Part shown: one piece after another, positions 63,095 through 64,000 of the stretch
Position numbering within the stretch: the stretch's first letter is position 1
Layout of the letters: every line of letters begins with the position of its first letter
Assembly (NCBI GenBank): GCA_963845245.1
Contig: CAWJRJ010000012.1
Location: forward strand, 64,001 to 128,000
DNA: 64,000 bases
Origin: Nitrospirota bacterium
Lineage (GTDB): Bacteria; Nitrospirota; JACRHJ01
Reading direction: 5' to 3'
Notes under the pieces: generated by a model
What the model was told of the DNA's origin: nothing
The model's database searches: none
What the model saw: only the letters and a program-made list of their open reading frames with translations
Translations under genes and position numbers: made by a program

Positions 63095-63685
63095 ATGGAG
63101 CTGGAAGGCCGGGTAGAGGCATATTTCAGGGACATCGACGACAAGGTGGCAGAGGCGCTGGGGAGGCTTGCCGCATCGGGCAGAATACCGCCCTGCGGGC
63201 CCGGATGCCACTGGTGCTGCTACCTGCCGGTGAGGGCTAGCGCGCCTGAGGCAGCCCTGATTGCGGCATACCTGGGTTCAAGCCTGACGAGGGACGGGCG
63301 TCTCGAACTCAAAAAAAGGCTTGAAGCCTGGCTCGGATGGCAAAGGGAAGAGCTTCCCCGGCACATAACCGGGGCGGACGTCTCCAAGGCTTACCTGCTC
63401 CACGGACCTCCATGCCCGTTCCTGAACGGCGGCCTATGCGACATCTACCCGGTCAGGCCGATGGGCTGCCGGGTCCATTTCTCGTATCGACTCAATCAGA
63501 TGCGGGCCCGATGCGCCCGTAGCCTCCATATTCGACCCGCCTCACATAGTCCAGGATGTCCTCGACGCCGTCAGGCCGTTATGCCTGAAATACCGGATGG
63601 ACCTTCAGGACGCCGGTATCGACTTCGAGGGTTCCCTGAGGCTGCTGCCGGAACTCGTCCTTTCGCACATCTCCTGACGCGATAA
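63095..63685 (+). CDS. YkgJ-family cysteine cluster protein (probable frameshift ~63488)
   Basis: C..GC..CC, CPFL....C.IY..RP..CR. Confidence 0.85.
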   Translation: MELEGRVEAYFRDIDDKVAEALGRLAASGRIPPCGPGCHWCCYLPVRASAPEAALIAAYLGSSLTRDGRLELKKRLEAWLGWQREELPRHITGADVSKAYLLHGPPCPFLNGGLCDIYPVRPMGCRVHFSYRLNQMRARCARSLHIRPASHSPGCPRRRQAVMPEIPDGPSGRRYRLRGFPEAAAGTRPFAHLLTR

Positions 63686-63788
63686 TTTTCCCTCATACCG
63701 TTCCTTGCTTGACTTTAATATTAGAAATGTTATATAAAAGAACATGTGCAATCTCTAATATTATAATATTATATTATGGAGGCGACGT

Positions 63789-64000
63789 TTGAAAAAGTTG
63801 TTCGTGGTGGCGGGCATGATTGCGGTATCGGTTCTTTTCGGGCCGGGCAGTTCCGAGGCGGCGGATTCCTGGACCGTAAACGGGCCTGCCAAGGCCGCGA
63901 AGGTGGCTGTATCACTCACATATAATTCACCTGCCGGGACAAAGACCGTCAATTATAAGCCGACCGGCTTCGAGATGAGGATCGAGCGCAAACCGGACCT
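63789..64000 (+). CDS. Secreted hypothetical protein (runs off window)
   Basis: GGAGG RBS, TTG start, MKKLFVVAGMIAVSVLFGPGSSEA signal peptide. Confidence 0.6.
   Translation, partial: MKKLFVVAGMIAVSVLFGPGSSEAADSWTVNGPAKAAKVAVSLTYNSPAGTKTVNYKPTGFEMRIERKPD

Noticed and set aside
63756..63771. TAATATTATAATATTA palindrome as a third GntR site
   Set aside because: Shares only the ATTATAAT core; pure A/T sequence could be chance.

Overview
Chromosomal, mostly housekeeping window from a moderately GC-rich bacterium. Gene content (mglAB, rubredoxin, TauE/DUF1634, 4Fe-4S proteins) suggests an anaerobe of the Nitrospirota/deltaproteobacterial type; this is inference. It runs from the 3' part of ftsZ through a radical SAM gene, an ATPase/anti-sigma-kinase fusion + STAS + GAF-HD-GYP operon, tRNA-Leu(TAG)-tig-clpP-clpX, MoxR/DUF58/transglutaminase, hemG, a Lon-like protease, tldD, PfpI, HtrA, a 14-repeat FG-GAP surface protein, galT-glgA-sensor kinase-receiver, a diguanylate cyclase, rho, rubredoxin-polX-nth-RNB nuclease, a PEP carboxykinase-like gene, a Zn-knuckle/histone-H1-like fusion, mglBA and a GntR-TauE-DUF1634-USP unit. 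About 18 genes are broken by small frameshifts, most likely sequencing errors. Small AT-rich inserts lie at about 6.0-7.3, 17.9-18.9, 25.0-26.0 and 50.1-51.8 kb. I saw no CRISPR array, rRNA, transposase, integrase or prophage. Best leads for novelty: (1) an unannotated riboswitch/attenuator-like RNA downstream of clpX, in front of a dehydrogenase-like gene stump; (2) the ATPase-RsbW/STAS/HD-GYP partner-switch module; (3) the Zn-knuckle-H1-like protein with an internal in-frame start; (4) an orphan promoter-terminator sRNA candidate; (5) a twin GntR operator. All family assignments come from motif recognition by eye, not database searches.
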